A DNA stretch of 55,630 nt, filler included, from Jimgerdemannia flammicorona (lineage: Eukaryota), in the NCBI GenBank assembly GCA_003990765.1. It is 2 parts of 2 records of this genome, joined end to end, with 100 filler letters (N's around TTAATTAATTAA, not from the genome) between each part and the next. Parts side by side here need not be neighbours in the genome. Positions count along the whole stretch, not along the records: positions 1 to 27,768 come from RBNJ01000604.1; positions 27,869 to 55,630 come from RBNJ01000605.1. One strand, written 5' to 3'. Positions 20,030 through 32,783 of the stretch are shown in pieces. Numbering within the stretch: position 1 is the stretch's first letter; the number at the start of each line of letters is the position of its first letter. The translations under genes and the position numbers were made by a program. The notes below the pieces were generated by a model. It saw only the letters and a program-made list of their open reading frames with translations. It was not told the origin of the DNA and did no database searches.

Positions 20030-23000
20030 CAGTTTACAAGCCATAACTTACAGCAAGAGAGTTCCATCTACTTGTAAGTAAATAACATCTCTATACCCTG
20101 AAGTATTTTCTCTGCTTCTCTCGGAGTTGCCGGATTCGATCAGTAGTAATAGCATCCAGTTCTGTAATGCTCAGGAGATTATTACCGAGCTTGATTTCAT
20201 ACCACTCACCATTGGCCTTGCATGCGCCTATCAATAACATGCAGACCTCCTTCTATTACTATCTGAGAATGTTCAAGATGTATATCACTTTGCTAATGTA
20301 TGCTCTATTGGTACTTCAAAATCATCCTTTCAAAATATAGATCATCTTCTATGGAACCTCAGCAACAGTCAACCACCCCTGCCATAATTGGGGCTCCTTC
20401 AGTCTCAGCTCAGCCTATTGCTGTGCTGAGCAAGGAAGAATGAAAGAGGGTACCAAACAGTGAGGAGTTTCTGTCTACGGCTAGACAGATATCAATGTGC
20501 TAATGACTTTGAATATAAGTTTTCGTCATGTTATCAAGCAATTAACTCTTGCTCTGTACCTTTGATAGCATGCAAAACATCTGAAAAGGCTCCATCCTGA
20601 AGATGAATCAAACTTGCCAACACTCAACCAAACTCCATCGGTTCTGACATGGGGAGTTCTAGATTTTTGTGAAGAGGGTGGCCCAAGCCTTACCTTTTCA
20701 CAAGCTTCTGATGGTGAATTCGTGGCAAGGGTGAATGAAGCATTCGGTTCAGCCTCTGACAAACTTTTTGCCAAGGAAAACCTTTGATGAGCAACAAGAT
20801 GGCTGCATTTCCGAGGCCTGGTTGTGTCTGAACTCACCTCAGGAAGCAAGCCTACCATGGCACAGCAAATCGTGCGATATCTCAAAAATGAAGCACCTCA
20901 TGGATTTCGTCTCTGCCTGCCTGATGGGAACACTGTCATTCTGAAGGGGTTACTTCTGCTCATCACCATCACTCATCTTTATGCAATCAGGGTCATCATT
21001 TTCTCCATGTGGAGAAAGCCAATCGAAATTGTACTAGCTACAGATGGGGGGTGCTATACAGTTGCATCTTTGAGACATCAAGATTCAATACTATCAGTTG
21101 AGGAATGGTACCCACTTGAACTGGCCAAAAATTGGATCAAGCGAATAGCTACAGCACATGTGACCTCCACCCCACCAATGGTCTCTCTAGCTGCAGTCAA
21201 AAGACCTCAAAGAGCAGCTCTTAAGTGGAAGGCATCTGTAAATTATGCATTTATTAGTGATGACACACTAAAATATTTGCTGCATATAGTAATATAAGTA
21301 TAAATCATTGTTCTTTCATTTCATTTTCAGATGGTTTACTTACTGCTTATTTTTTTCACTTTACAGGAAAGAGCACCTCCAACATGACTATGAGAAGGAA
21401 GTAAAGAAGAATCTCATGCAGAAAAAACTGGATGATTTCAAGAAAAAAAATATTAACCAGACTTCGCCACCCCAAGGCTATGTCAAAAGTGTACTCAAGA
21501 GACTCAGCAAGACAATAGATACAAGCAACATGAATGGACTTGGTTTATCTATGTGTCTCAGGAGAATTAAAGATCCCAGCACAGTGCAAATATGAAAGAA
21601 AGTAGTGGAAGAATATCTGACAGCCATTTCAATAAATCCCACAACTACTTCCAACATCAGTACTTCTTCAGCTGCTACTCCTTTACAGAATTCTGGTTCT
21701 AGGACGGTCTCAACAGAACATGATGAAGAAGACATGGGTGATGACTACCATATTTTTATGACTACTCTACAGCAGATTGTTCAAGACAAGCACAGCCTGG
21801 CCGATATAGAACAGCAATTAGTTTCTGAACAAAAGGTCAACCATCAAGTATTCGAAGCTTTCTGCAATATTATTCAAGAGGCCACAGATATGGTAAGATT
21901 ATTGTTGCTTTAGAATATTATGGTGTTTATTATTATACTAACTTTACCAAATATCAGGTTATTTCAGGAAAAGTATATTTCCTCATGAGTAATCCAGATG
22001 CTGGATATCTAGATTTGGTGAAGGTTTTCCCTCAAGACTATGATTTCAGAGAGCACAATTCCTTAGTCAACATAGCCTCAATTCCAGAGAACGTATCGGC
22101 CTTGATTGAGGCCGGGTTCTTCTCTTTTGTTCACTTTGAAAACCTATTCTATGGTTGCATTGGAAACACAGTGCAAACAGAGTCTGAGTAAGTAGAAAAT
22201 TATTACGTAAATTTCTATGATTTGTAATGTGTGGACACTATAATTATTACAGTTTATGGTATTAATCTTATTTTTATTTTCCTTAGGCTTTTTGCACAGA
22301 TCAGAAAGGAGATTAATTCAAAAAAAGCAGAGTCTTTGATGATTGATGGTGTGATAAGTCATCACGCAATCCACCAAGCATCGTTGAAGGAGGTATATAT
22401 ATCCATCACAAACATATGGATGGGTGATATTTACAGCCAGAGTTTGTGCAATGCTATCCAAATTCTCCTTCACATTCACCTCACTCCAGCCAGAATGACA
22501 TGGTATCAAGCCACCTGACTGCGGAAGGCCAAGAAAAAGCAGACAGAAAAGAAGCAACAGGGTCTAGACTGACATTTCAGAAATCCAAAGCACCAGATAT
22601 CATGCCTTATGGGCAAACTTGAGATGGCCATTATTAACAACTGACCAGCATCTGTGGTGCAAAAGATTGGAGAAAAGTTGCAACAATTATTGCAGCTACC
22701 TGCCAGGAACATATGACATGGAGGTGAGAGGAGTGATCAGGACATGGCTGTCAACACAGTATCTTCAGATGCTGAGGACACAGAGGAGGAAGAGGAGAAA
22801 GAGAAGGAAGAGGAGGAAGAGGAAGAGGATCAAGATCAGAAATTATCTGTGAAAACCATCTGGGCTCTCCTGTCCATTATGAGGATGCTTACTGAGTCAG
22901 GAAAGATTCAGCAAGTTGTTACAAGTGATGACATCCAACATGCTGCATTCAAGGAAACAATATTTACAGAGAAGGAAAAGATGGTAGCAGCAATAATTGT

Positions 23001-24931
23001 TAATTTTCTTTGGCCATTTATCTAGCAATGCATGGATGATAATCAATTCCCAGAACCTAATGTTCTGATACATGCACCATTAGCAGTATTAGCCAACATT
23101 ATTGCAACTATCACTGGCTTTCCCTTTCTCATTCAAAAAGTGTTGATCAACTCACAGCAAGGCTCTTGTGCATTATACCTCACTGCTGCCAGTGTATATG
23201 ATACATTTCATAAACAGTTGGATATTCCGGTTGATGATACGAACTGGATCACCAACTCCTATCAGGTGGGAAAAACCAAAACTGCCACTTTCAGAGCTTT
23301 TTTTAATACGAATTGGATAGAATCACTTATGGACTCATATAGACTTCATTTTGCCTAGAGGCTGACTTTTGTCAATAAGTGGACTGTACATTTATTAGGA
23401 AAGGCAAAACCTGGCAAAACCTTTCTCAAATCAAATTATGAGGCAAGGAAGAAAGGCAAGATTAATGTTACCAAGTCCATGCCAACCACAGAAATGCTGA
23501 CTTTGGACCATTTGAAAATGGAAGCATTGGCCAAAACCCAGGTATCACAAGTCAAACACTTGACCAGCACACTGAGGTCTTTGCATAAAGAGATTTCACA
23601 ATTGGAGTTGAATCAGATGGACATTGGCTAGAAGATCAGAAAGTCACCATGGGATCTGGGTTCTGACAGCTACTATGAGCTGAAGGAAATTAGGTGGAAT
23701 ATAGTGGTCAAATGGCTTGAAGCCATCAAATTAGAGAAGACACTTGCAAGGGCCAGAAGTTCATTGTACTCCCTAAATAAGGCTTTGCGAACAAAACTCG
23801 CTGCCAGTGCCATGACCACTACTTACACCACTTCTGAAAACAAAATTAAAGAGGACAATATAGAATTTGTAAGCATTTATTATGATTCCCTGTTTTTATT
23901 TTATTTTATTTTTGATTCTTATTGTTCATTCTTCTCTAATATAGATGGATCTACTTCCTGCAATCATTAGGCATTATTCATCAAGGAGAAAAATTGTCTT
24001 TGCTAGAACTGATTCAGGGACTGTTGTTACCTCTATGATGATACCAAGAACTCTAGACGAAATCTTTAGTGACATCAACTGCTTTCAAGCTATTTCAACC
24101 GAGGGTGTCTCTAATATAGAGGCCATGCCATATTCATTCAGCATCGAATGGCTTCCTAAGCCCAACAAAATCACTGTCAATCTGATCAACAATGTCACCT
24201 TCCTCAAGAACCACCAAAAGAAGTACCAACAATGGCAAAAGAGTAATGTAGACGGAGTGACCCAGCAAAAAAAGTTGGCCAAGAAAAGTTGGGAGAGAGA
24301 GATTAAGACTAAGCGAGCATATGGCAAGCTCACTGCTCAAGAACAGAGATGCATTCATGCTCATGTGCCACCTTACCAGCAGGTGCTGAAGACATTTGAA
24401 TCAGAGTACCCAGACACTGCTGCAGCGATGTCTCAGCTTCCCTCCAGCAAGCAGACACCAGCAGTGATTCACTGTATCAGGCATTGGCAGGGGATCAACA
24501 GTACTATCAAGGGACATTGTTGAAGAGGAATGAAGAAAATTCAGGAGCAACACCGCATCTATGGATATGTTGGTATCACAAATGAGTACAACACCTCCAA
24601 AACATGCCTGTTCTGTTTCTCAAGAGTTGTTCTCCACCGGACTTGTCAGACTATTGATGGAAGGAAGCAAGTTGTCTGCTTGAATGGTGTCATTGAATAC
24701 ATTCACCCCCAGTACCCAGCAAGGAGGATCAACCATACTACCAGAGAAAGAGATGCAAATGCAGCTGCAAACATTGCTCTGTCTGAAGCATCAGTCATTC
24801 TAGCTGCTGACTGTCAACCTCTTCCTCCATTTCGCCATGATGCCAATCACACAAGGTACAATCTTGCAAATGAACTCCTTTCAGTCGTGACACCAGAATT
24901 GGTTCCCCGCGACTCTATTCGAGATGAATGA
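20030..24931 (+). pseudogene. Large multi-exon Fanzor (eukaryotic TnpB-like RuvC nuclease) pseudogene; 5' boundary approximate
   Basis: C-terminal RuvC-I IVFARTDSG (D at 24011), IKGHC*RG, RuvC-II TNEYNTSKTCLFC (E at 24584), RuvC-III RERDANAAANI (D at 24752). Upstream in-frame coding blocks are separated by GT..AG introns (e.g. 21892-21958, 22188-22287, 23868-23944). Stops are of the CGA>TGA and CAG/TGG>TAG type. Confidence 0.8.
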
Positions 24932-25390
24932 ATATGGTGAGGAAGGAGTTTTTTTTATTTTTTTTATTTTCCTGACTGTTTTATTCCACATGCTCACTTT
25001 GTCTGGTTTTGTTGCAGGATGCTCCATATAAGTGCTTCTCATCTGTCTTCTTATATCTCATAATTGAACCTCTGGTCATATTTGCAATATTGTCTCATTG
25101 AATTGAATCATAGACTCTGCTATGGTAATAGTGAAACTGTTGTTGTGAACACAATAATAAAATATCATTACTTTGTTGCTCATGCCCATTTGTTGTAGTA
25201 TGTCCTACAATTAGTTTCTGGTAAGTGGAGTAGAGCTCTATACTTTGCAAGTGATAGATCAAAATAAGAGTGTATCACTATTAATCGGACCCAGCTGATA
25301 ATCTGATCTATAATTTCCCATCAAGAGTCAAAGGTCTTGGTCATTTAGATATAAATAAACAATATCAAATCCATTGCCACCAGTTTATTT

Positions 25391-26260
25391 GTGATACTCT
25401 CCAACAAATCCATCCTCCTGTTTTACTTCCTGTCTCTCGTCATTTCCATGGGCATAACCACCCAAATGAGTTTGAAGAACCAGCTGGGAAACTTCGGCTT
25501 CGTATACAATTATACCCTCTCAAACACCACCTTCGGCCCAAATGATATACTAGTGATCACTTACTCGATGGCTCCCACATTAAATAGTATGGGTTGTAAG
25601 TGCTTGGCCCATATTCTCTGTCCAGCAGACGCTCCATGTCGTCGCTGATACTATCTATTATTTGACCCATAGCGGAATATGTCACACTCTGGCTCTACCC
25701 CTGCCCTAGCAACCTCGCGAGGTTCAGTTACGATCGGAAACAAGTTGCTGGCATGGGTGGGAGCCGGTCCCCTAATGAATCCGAATTAGGAAATATTAGC
25801 TGCACTCCGTTGATATGTGGTGTTTACTTTTGGAAATGGAAAAGTACCCATCTGCTATGGGCGTAAACTCTTCTTTCAGGAATATATGATGTAATTACGT
25901 AGCGGATGTGTAATCACTCATATGTGTTTGCTTGACTCTTCTCATCACGCTTCGTATCCTTACATCGTCACTCCGTCCACTTCACCTCACAGCTGGAGAT
26001 CAGCATTGTCGACACTATTATTGTAAGCCAGAATGGCAACATGACAGTCATGCTGACCATAAAGATTGCTAAAAATACGACCATCACGATTGTGAACCCA
26101 GTGTTAGGAGTTCCCAACTCAACAATAACAGACACTGTCACGGAGCCAGCAACACCAACCCAAACCAGGAACGACGTGACATGAGACGACCGACAGCGGG
26201 TGTGATCGGTATGGTCGCTGCGTTGTGGACTGGCATTGGGATGCTAACGCGGTTTAGTAA
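25391..26260 (+). pseudogene. Putative small secreted/GPI-anchored Thr-rich protein gene, probably degraded
   Basis: Hydrophobic signal-like start (ILLFYFLSLVISMG, GTG start), GTAAGT..CATAG intron at about 25596-25671, Thr/Pro-rich segment with NxT sequons (NMT, NTT, NST), and hydrophobic tail GVIGMVAALWTGIGML. Frames do not join cleanly. Confidence 0.4.
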
Positions 26261-27099
26261 TAACGTTTAACAAAACAGTGGGCCATGGATACTCCCGCGG
26301 CCAATAGAGGAATTGCAAAAAAGCATTCCAAAATTACATGAAATTTATTGTATTAAAACCTTACCATTGATTACTGGTAGGGATATGAAGGAAGGAGCAT
26401 GGGGTGAAGATAAAATTATTCATGGAGCATTGTCACTCACGCATCGAAAACATCGGCAGATACATAAAAATATCGACGTTCGTGTTATCATTTTCTGTAG
26501 TTACTTCAACGCAAAGGTCCCAAAAAACGAGGTATAATGAGAAAATATTTTCCTGCCATTAACGGTTTGTTCAAGAGCTGCTGCTTGAGATGCTCCAGCG
26601 CCTCCCAAATGCCTATTCCGGACAGGGCGCAGTCGACTGGAACTGTATGTTATCTATGCGTCGGACAGGGCTTATGAGAGCGTGAACTGATTACCGAAAT
26701 GATTGCTGAGGTGAAAACTGTGTATGACCAGGTCGTGAAAGCCGTTGGCAGAAACCCCAGCCTAGCAAAATGAAGGAGCGAATAATTCTCGAAGTCAAAT
26801 AGAGGTAATAGAAGGTATGGCAGTTGCGGAAGTTGACAACTATCTGGAGACAAGTGACGTGATAGTTATATTATGGCCTTGGAGGGGATTGTTTATTGAG
26901 GGCCAACATATTAACTGAATTTCATTAGATATTGTCAATTACAATTAGGATGCTCACCAGCAAAGTGTTGGCAAACTGAATTAAATAAGACAAAGTGACA
27001 AAAGCCAAAGATCTGGCACAGGTCATGGGAAGTCATTGATGCATTCTTCAATGTGAGCAAATAGTGGGATTCAATTTAGCGGCAATTTTCTTTTTTTTA

Positions 27100-27640
27100 A
27101 GTATATTTCTAAGGGTAAGCAAAGACTTCCCATCACTTCGTACATTGATCCATCTGCTTTTGAATCAAACGTTCCGATTCGATTGTTGCAAACGTAGATA
27201 ACGAATCCTGCCACATGTCGCCGAGATATGAAATGTTTTAACCTACTCAAGCGAGGGGTCAAAGTCGAGCTTTCTTAACTATATCACACTTGGAACATTG
27301 AGTTGCTTTGCATCGGAAAATGTTGGTCCAATCATCCTGGCACCGAGCGACTCGTCATGGAGCTGAACAATTTTCTATAAGTTCATTGCTCAAAAACATT
27401 TAAGGGTAAGAAAGAAAAGACTTCCCATCACTTCACACTTCACTTTCGAATCAAACGTCCCGATTCAATTATTGCAACTTTGGTCGGAATAAGTAAAATA
27501 TTCGACCACATGTCGCCGAGATATAACGCGATTCGAATCGATGCGAGAACTTTATGACCTACTCAGATAGTGATCGAAGCTAAATTTTCTTAATGATATC
27601 ACACTTAGAATATATTTTTTTTGCATCGGAAAATGTTGCC
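27100..27640. repeat. Diverged tandem duplication, unit about 290-310 bp
   Basis: AAGGGTAAG..AAAGACTTCCCATCACTTC, GAATCAAACGT, CCACATGTCGCCGAGATAT, TATCACACTT and TTGCATCGGAAAATGTTG each occur twice in the same order. Confidence 0.85.
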
Positions 27641-27768
27641 CAATTATTCTGCGTTCCACCCTTATCGTCATATAGAATTATGTCGTCACTGGCAAGCCAC
27701 AAAAAAAAAAAATTTCTATTGCCATGCCGTGTCCATATTTCCGCCCAAACTTCTTTTATCAACCCCCC

Positions 27769-27868
27769 NNNNNNNNNNNNNNNNNNNNNNNNNNNNNNNN
27801 NNNNNNNNNNNNTTAATTAATTAANNNNNNNNNNNNNNNNNNNNNNNNNNNNNNNNNNNNNNNNNNNN
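27769..27868. other. Artificial contig/scaffold linker (44 N + TTAATTAATTAA + 44 N)
   Basis: Symmetric 100-bp spacer containing stop codons in all six frames. Confidence 0.97.
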
Positions 27869-28507
27869 AAAAAAAAAAAAACCCCAATACGCTCCTCTAA
27901 AGTTTCATCTCAACATCCTATGCACGATTCTACTTCGAAAACTTGCTGGCCTTTCCCGCTCCCTTGCCTTGGCCTCTAAGGGTGCTCCGACGAACAGATG
28001 CACACATCCGGCCTCGAACTACTCGGGCGAGGGTGGCTGCTCCTTGTCCGGCAGCTTGCCCTCGACAATGATCAGGGTGGATTGCGGTTGCTGTGTGAAG
28101 TTGAATAAGGGGCGTGGGGGACGTTTGATGTGTTTCATTTTCGTTAATTTCTCCGAACCCTAAACGTCTATTCTGTCATCCTCGTTTTAAACCCGCCGCC
28201 AACATTATCATTACATATTCCTCTTCCCGTCACTCTCTCCTTATCCTTCCTCATTTCCTTCATGCTTTTTCATTCTCTTTTTTCCTCTCAGTCATGGATC
28301 CGACCCACCCTCATCACATCCGGTGACTCCGCGTCCGGTGTCCCCTCCCCCTCTTCGTTATCATCACAGATAACCTCCAAGTCTAGCAGCTTGCGCTTCT
28401 CGGTATACCGAGGTGATGCGTTGCAGAAACTGAATTCGGCGACTGCGACCCAGCTCCTTTCTGCTCATTCCCCGATCCAGCCTCCTTCTCCTTCTACGAT
28501 CGGGTGT

Positions 28508-28546
28508 CCTCCTCCTCCTCCTCCTCCTCCTCCTCCTCCTCCTCCT
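28508..28546. repeat. (CCT)n microsatellite
   Basis: About 13 CCT units, directly visible. Confidence 0.95.
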
Positions 28547-28654
28547 CTGTCGGGGTGGATCACTTCGACCCTCCCTGCACCTCATCAGCCCCAACCCCCC
28601 CCCCCGCACCCGGATCTGCATGATGCATCTGCTTCCTCCACTTACTTACTTACT

Positions 28655-29760
28655 TAGCAATTCGAACTGGTCGTCCGCACCGAATACAAGCAGTTATCGA
28701 CAAACCGTTGCTCATCATCCTCTGCCCCGTGGGCATAGCCTGCAAGATGGCTGAGAGGATCTTGAAAAAGCGGACGACCATGGCCCTGGCATTACGGCAG
28801 CTGATGAGTTGGTAGCCGGTGGCCTTAGACACGTCATACGTGATTTTGTCACGGTACATGTCCACGATGGAGACCTGCGAGGCAATCGTACCAAAACCGG
28901 CGCTGTTACCAGATTTGAGCGTTGGGTCCACCGAAGTGTGATGGCCGTCCATGTAGAGCTTGAAGAACTGGACAGAAGAAGAGGATTGGGGTTGAGAACC
29001 AAAACCGGGTATTTTATTTCTCCCTAAATAAACACCTTTAACTGACCGAAGAATAATAGCTTCATTTAAACCCTACAAATGGCTGCCTGCTCGGCCTCAG
29101 AACCTTCGAATCCCAAGCGTACAACTTCGACGAGCTGCTTGATGAGGTTGTCGACCGACCGGACCATCATCCTCTTCACCGCCTCCACGATCCGGACCCG
29201 TTTCCGACAGCCAGTTCGGTGAAATTGTCGAAGGCCTAGTCACGGTGATCCTTAAGCTCCTCGACGGCCTCAGTGGAGACGTCGTGGCCCGGCTCCTCAG
29301 GCTGGATGGCACGGTACCTCCACTAAGATACTGCCAAAGAATATCGAGGTGGCTCGATACAGGAGACGGTGCCACTGAGGGAGTGGAACTGGTTGCCCGT
29401 GAATTGGGCTGTCGGGATATCCTGGTAGAATAATGGGAGGTAAATTCTAAATGTATATAGTATAGAGGTTCACAATCTAAAACCACCTACTAATCGCACA
29501 AAAACAGAGATGAACCTAAGTGTGCTCGAGCTCTCGACCTGTAACGTGGCATGTAGTGTTCGGGCTATGATATAGCATGTTGTCTAGAAGAGCCTTATAG
29601 GCATAGAGGTCAAGGTAGACGCGGTTCTGAGCTGTGGGATAATGACGATTTCGGCAATAAGCACCATTTCTGGGACGTATTTGGTCAGAAGGCCTGGAAG
29701 CATGGCATTGCGGGAAGCGTCTCCTCGATCTGCATGTATATCCGAGGAGGAGGAAGGAGG
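28655..29760 (-). CDS. Possible exons of an unidentified spliced host gene
   Basis: CpG-rich, coding-like sequence. A pyrimidine-rich ..CTGTCCAG acceptor near 28968 and GTAAGT donors near 28654 bracket the open frame FFKLYMDGHH...PVRIA. No domain recognised. Confidence 0.25.
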
Positions 29761-29788
29761 AGCAGGAGGTGAATATCGAACCCGTTAA

Positions 29789-29884
29789 AGCCACAAACCC
29801 GCATCACAAACCCACGCGAGCCACAAACCCACGCGAGCCACAAACCCACGTGAGCCACAAACCCACGCGAGCCACAAACCCACA
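29789..29884. repeat. 17-bp tandem repeat (GAGCCACAAACCCACGC), 5-6 copies
   Basis: Directly visible. Confidence 0.92.
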
Positions 29885-31789
29885 TTCACACCAACCCCGG
29901 TCTGCAACCCACACGACCCGCAAACCAACGCACCTTCTTCAATAAGACTAGTGTTGATAGAATACCTCTTGCACGACAGCAACAATCAGCCTAGGATAAG
30001 TCGATGGCAATAGCAACCGGTAAGCGCATTACGAAAACGCAATGGCTGCTGACAAACGTCCCCTGATAACGACCCTGATAACGACGGAGAAAGACCGCCT
30101 GAGAGAAGCAAGAATAACGAAAGCCAGCACCGCCGTATTACAGAGACCGCCCGTATTGAAGAGGCTGAGTAGTGTACACCCAATGGAAGATCACGAATGG
30201 CACTTTGACAATAACGGTCCTTGAACAACACACGTGTTTGACGCGTCCGATTTATTATTTATAAATAAATAAATACATAAAATATATATAAACGCCACCA
30301 AATTGAGATTCGCCCTTGCTCAAGGGGCTCATCAGTTGGCTTTAAAGCTGCCAAGACCGGTGGAACTCACGGGCTGGTGGGAGAAGTCAGAACCTGTTGC
30401 AGATGACGTGGATACAAAAGCAAATTACAAAGGAAAACAGAATATTTGTGTGCCGTATGCCGTTTTACGTCGGGCACAACAGACCGACCAAGCCCCATAC
30501 CTTGGGTTGGCGTGCCTGTTATTTCTCTTCGGAGCCGCCTGGATATAGTATCTTTCAAGGCGCCACCGTGCTTTAAATCCCGGTGAAAGGATGTCACCAC
30601 AACTCGTGGCAGGGTGCAAAGGAAAATGCGGAAGACCGGGGAAATAGTCACAATAATGAGGCAGAAAAGAGGGGGCAAAAAAAGCAAGGAGGGGGGGTTT
30701 GGACAGGAATTGGATATACCACAATACTGATGAAAGATGGGTTCTGGAGTTCCAAAATTCTCCACACTTGTCTCCCTTTTTTTTACTCCTCTCTAAATAA
30801 TCACACTCTTCACTGATATACTCTTTTTGATATAATTCCAGAGATGCACAAGATTCTGTACCCCTACCAGAACTTTAAAAGTACTGTTGAAGAGCAAACT
30901 GTATATGAGTACAACACAGCCTATATAGTAATAGCGACTATGATCTGGGATTCTTTGAGCAGATTAGCAGAGTGTATGGCAGGCCAGCTTAGTGATGATC
31001 TCAGTACAGCTATATATATATTTTTAGCACAATTTAGCATACTGTATGAGGTGAGGAGCTTCACTTTTTTTGAGTGCTGCAGCCTGGGGGGTTTCTGCAG
31101 TCTGGGGGGTTTCTGCCCCCCCATATGCAAAAAGGACTAATCAGATGCTATCTGTTTTAACAGGTTTCTAAGCCAGAGCTCCCAGGGCTGGACCAAGGGC
31201 AGACATCCATCAGCACAGCCTAGCAGTATGAGGTTCTGAGCCAAGGATTCACCCAACTGTATACTTGTATCACATTAGGATATGTCAGGTACAATGTTTC
31301 TCTGCCCATACATATAGACAACAATGTCACTCTGATAATATTCTATATCCCAGAAATAAAGGGCCCAACCTAGGAGGATAGTAGCAGAGTCTGATATGAC
31401 CTTATCTATGGTTTCGAGATCTCATTTGTAGCCAACACAGCTGTCCTATTCTAACCACACAACCACTATGGCACCATCACCTTTAAGGAGAGCTCAGACA
31501 CAATAGTCATTACATTCACAACAGATGACAGGCTCATCAAGGCCTGGGACTGGCAGGTGGAGCAGTTTTTGTAAGAGTTAGACAATCTTTTGTGAGAGTT
31601 CAGTAGTTATTTTGTACAGGTTGGGCTGGCAGCCAGGCACCTCTTCTGTAGCACTAGTTTAGCCATTATGCTAGACCCTACTGGTCCCTTGGCCCTGCTC
31701 TATAATGCTGCCAGTGCAGTACTGTATTATAGGCCCAGAGTGTCTATGGGACCTGAACCAGTGATGGGGCCCAAATCTATAGTAGACTT

Positions 31790-31892
31790 CAACTACCAGA
31801 AGTACCCTCTGACTGTCAGAAATGTCCTCTAACTGCCAGAAGTACCCTCTGACTGCCAGAAGCACCCTCCAACTATCAGAAGTACTCTCTGA
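31790..31892. repeat. About 20-bp tandem repeat (ACTGCCAGAAGTACCCTCT), 5 copies
   Basis: Directly visible, degenerate. Confidence 0.8.
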
Positions 31893-31913
31893 CCCAGACT
31901 CAGACTCCTTGGT

Positions 31914-32510
31914 GGCTTGGGGCTGCCCCTATACTACTGGCAGAGGGCTGCAAATTTTGTGTACTCTCTTTGCCAACCCTGCTGACCTCTGACCCAGATA
32001 CAGGCTGCTGGAGGGAGCTCCATACTGCTGGCATTGTAAATTTTGCATGCTCCCTCCACCTATTCTACTCATCCCAGACACTTGTGGCTTGGGGCTACCC
32101 CTTGCTGCCAGCAAAGAGCTGCAAATTTTGTATACTCCCTCCACTGATCCTATGTCCACTGACTCTGCCAACCAATCCTGCCCACTGACCCAAGTACTGA
32201 TAGCTTGGGGCTGCTCCTTGCTGCTGGTGGAGGGCTGCAAATTTTGTACACTCCCTCTACCTACTCTCCCCCTCTGCCAACCTCTCCATCCTGGACACTT
32301 GTGGCTTGGAGCTGTTCCTTGCTACTGATAAAGAGCAACAAATTTTGTATGCTCTCTCTACTGACCCCATGCCCACTGACCTGCCTACCAACCTGAGCAC
32401 TAATAGCTTGGGGCTGCCCCTTGCTGCTGGTGGAGGGCTGCAAATTTTGTGTGCTCTCTCTGTCACTGCTGCCAACCCTGCTGACCACTGCCTCACTTGG
32501 GCTGCAATCT
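31914..32510. repeat. Array of about 6 units of 85-115 bp with conserved core GCTTGGGGCTGCCCCTTGCTGCTGGTGGAGGGCTGCAAATTTTGT
   Basis: Cores start near 31915, 32005, 32087, 32203, 32303 and 32406. The intervening sequences are related to each other. Confidence 0.85.
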
Positions 32511-32701
32511 CTAGACTGAGTCCTCAGGTTTTTTTTCCTTTTATTTTTAAAAGGTATTAAATATTCTATAAGGCCAACCAACTTATCTATGAACCCCCAG
32601 GACCTGCCAAATTTTAGCAGCCCAAGCCCCACTAAGACTTCAGACACATATATACTTAGATTATCTCAGCATTCAGTGCACACCTCTTTGGGGCAATAAG
32701 G

Positions 32702-32703
<2 letters not shown>

Positions 32704-32783
<80 letters not shown>

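Noticed and set aside
27813..27824. TTAATTAATTAA palindrome
   Set aside because: It is an assembly linker within the N run, not biological.
31914..32510. CRISPR-like appearance of the repeat array
   Set aside because: The repeats are degenerate, the linkers are homologous to each other, the context is eukaryotic and there are no cas genes.
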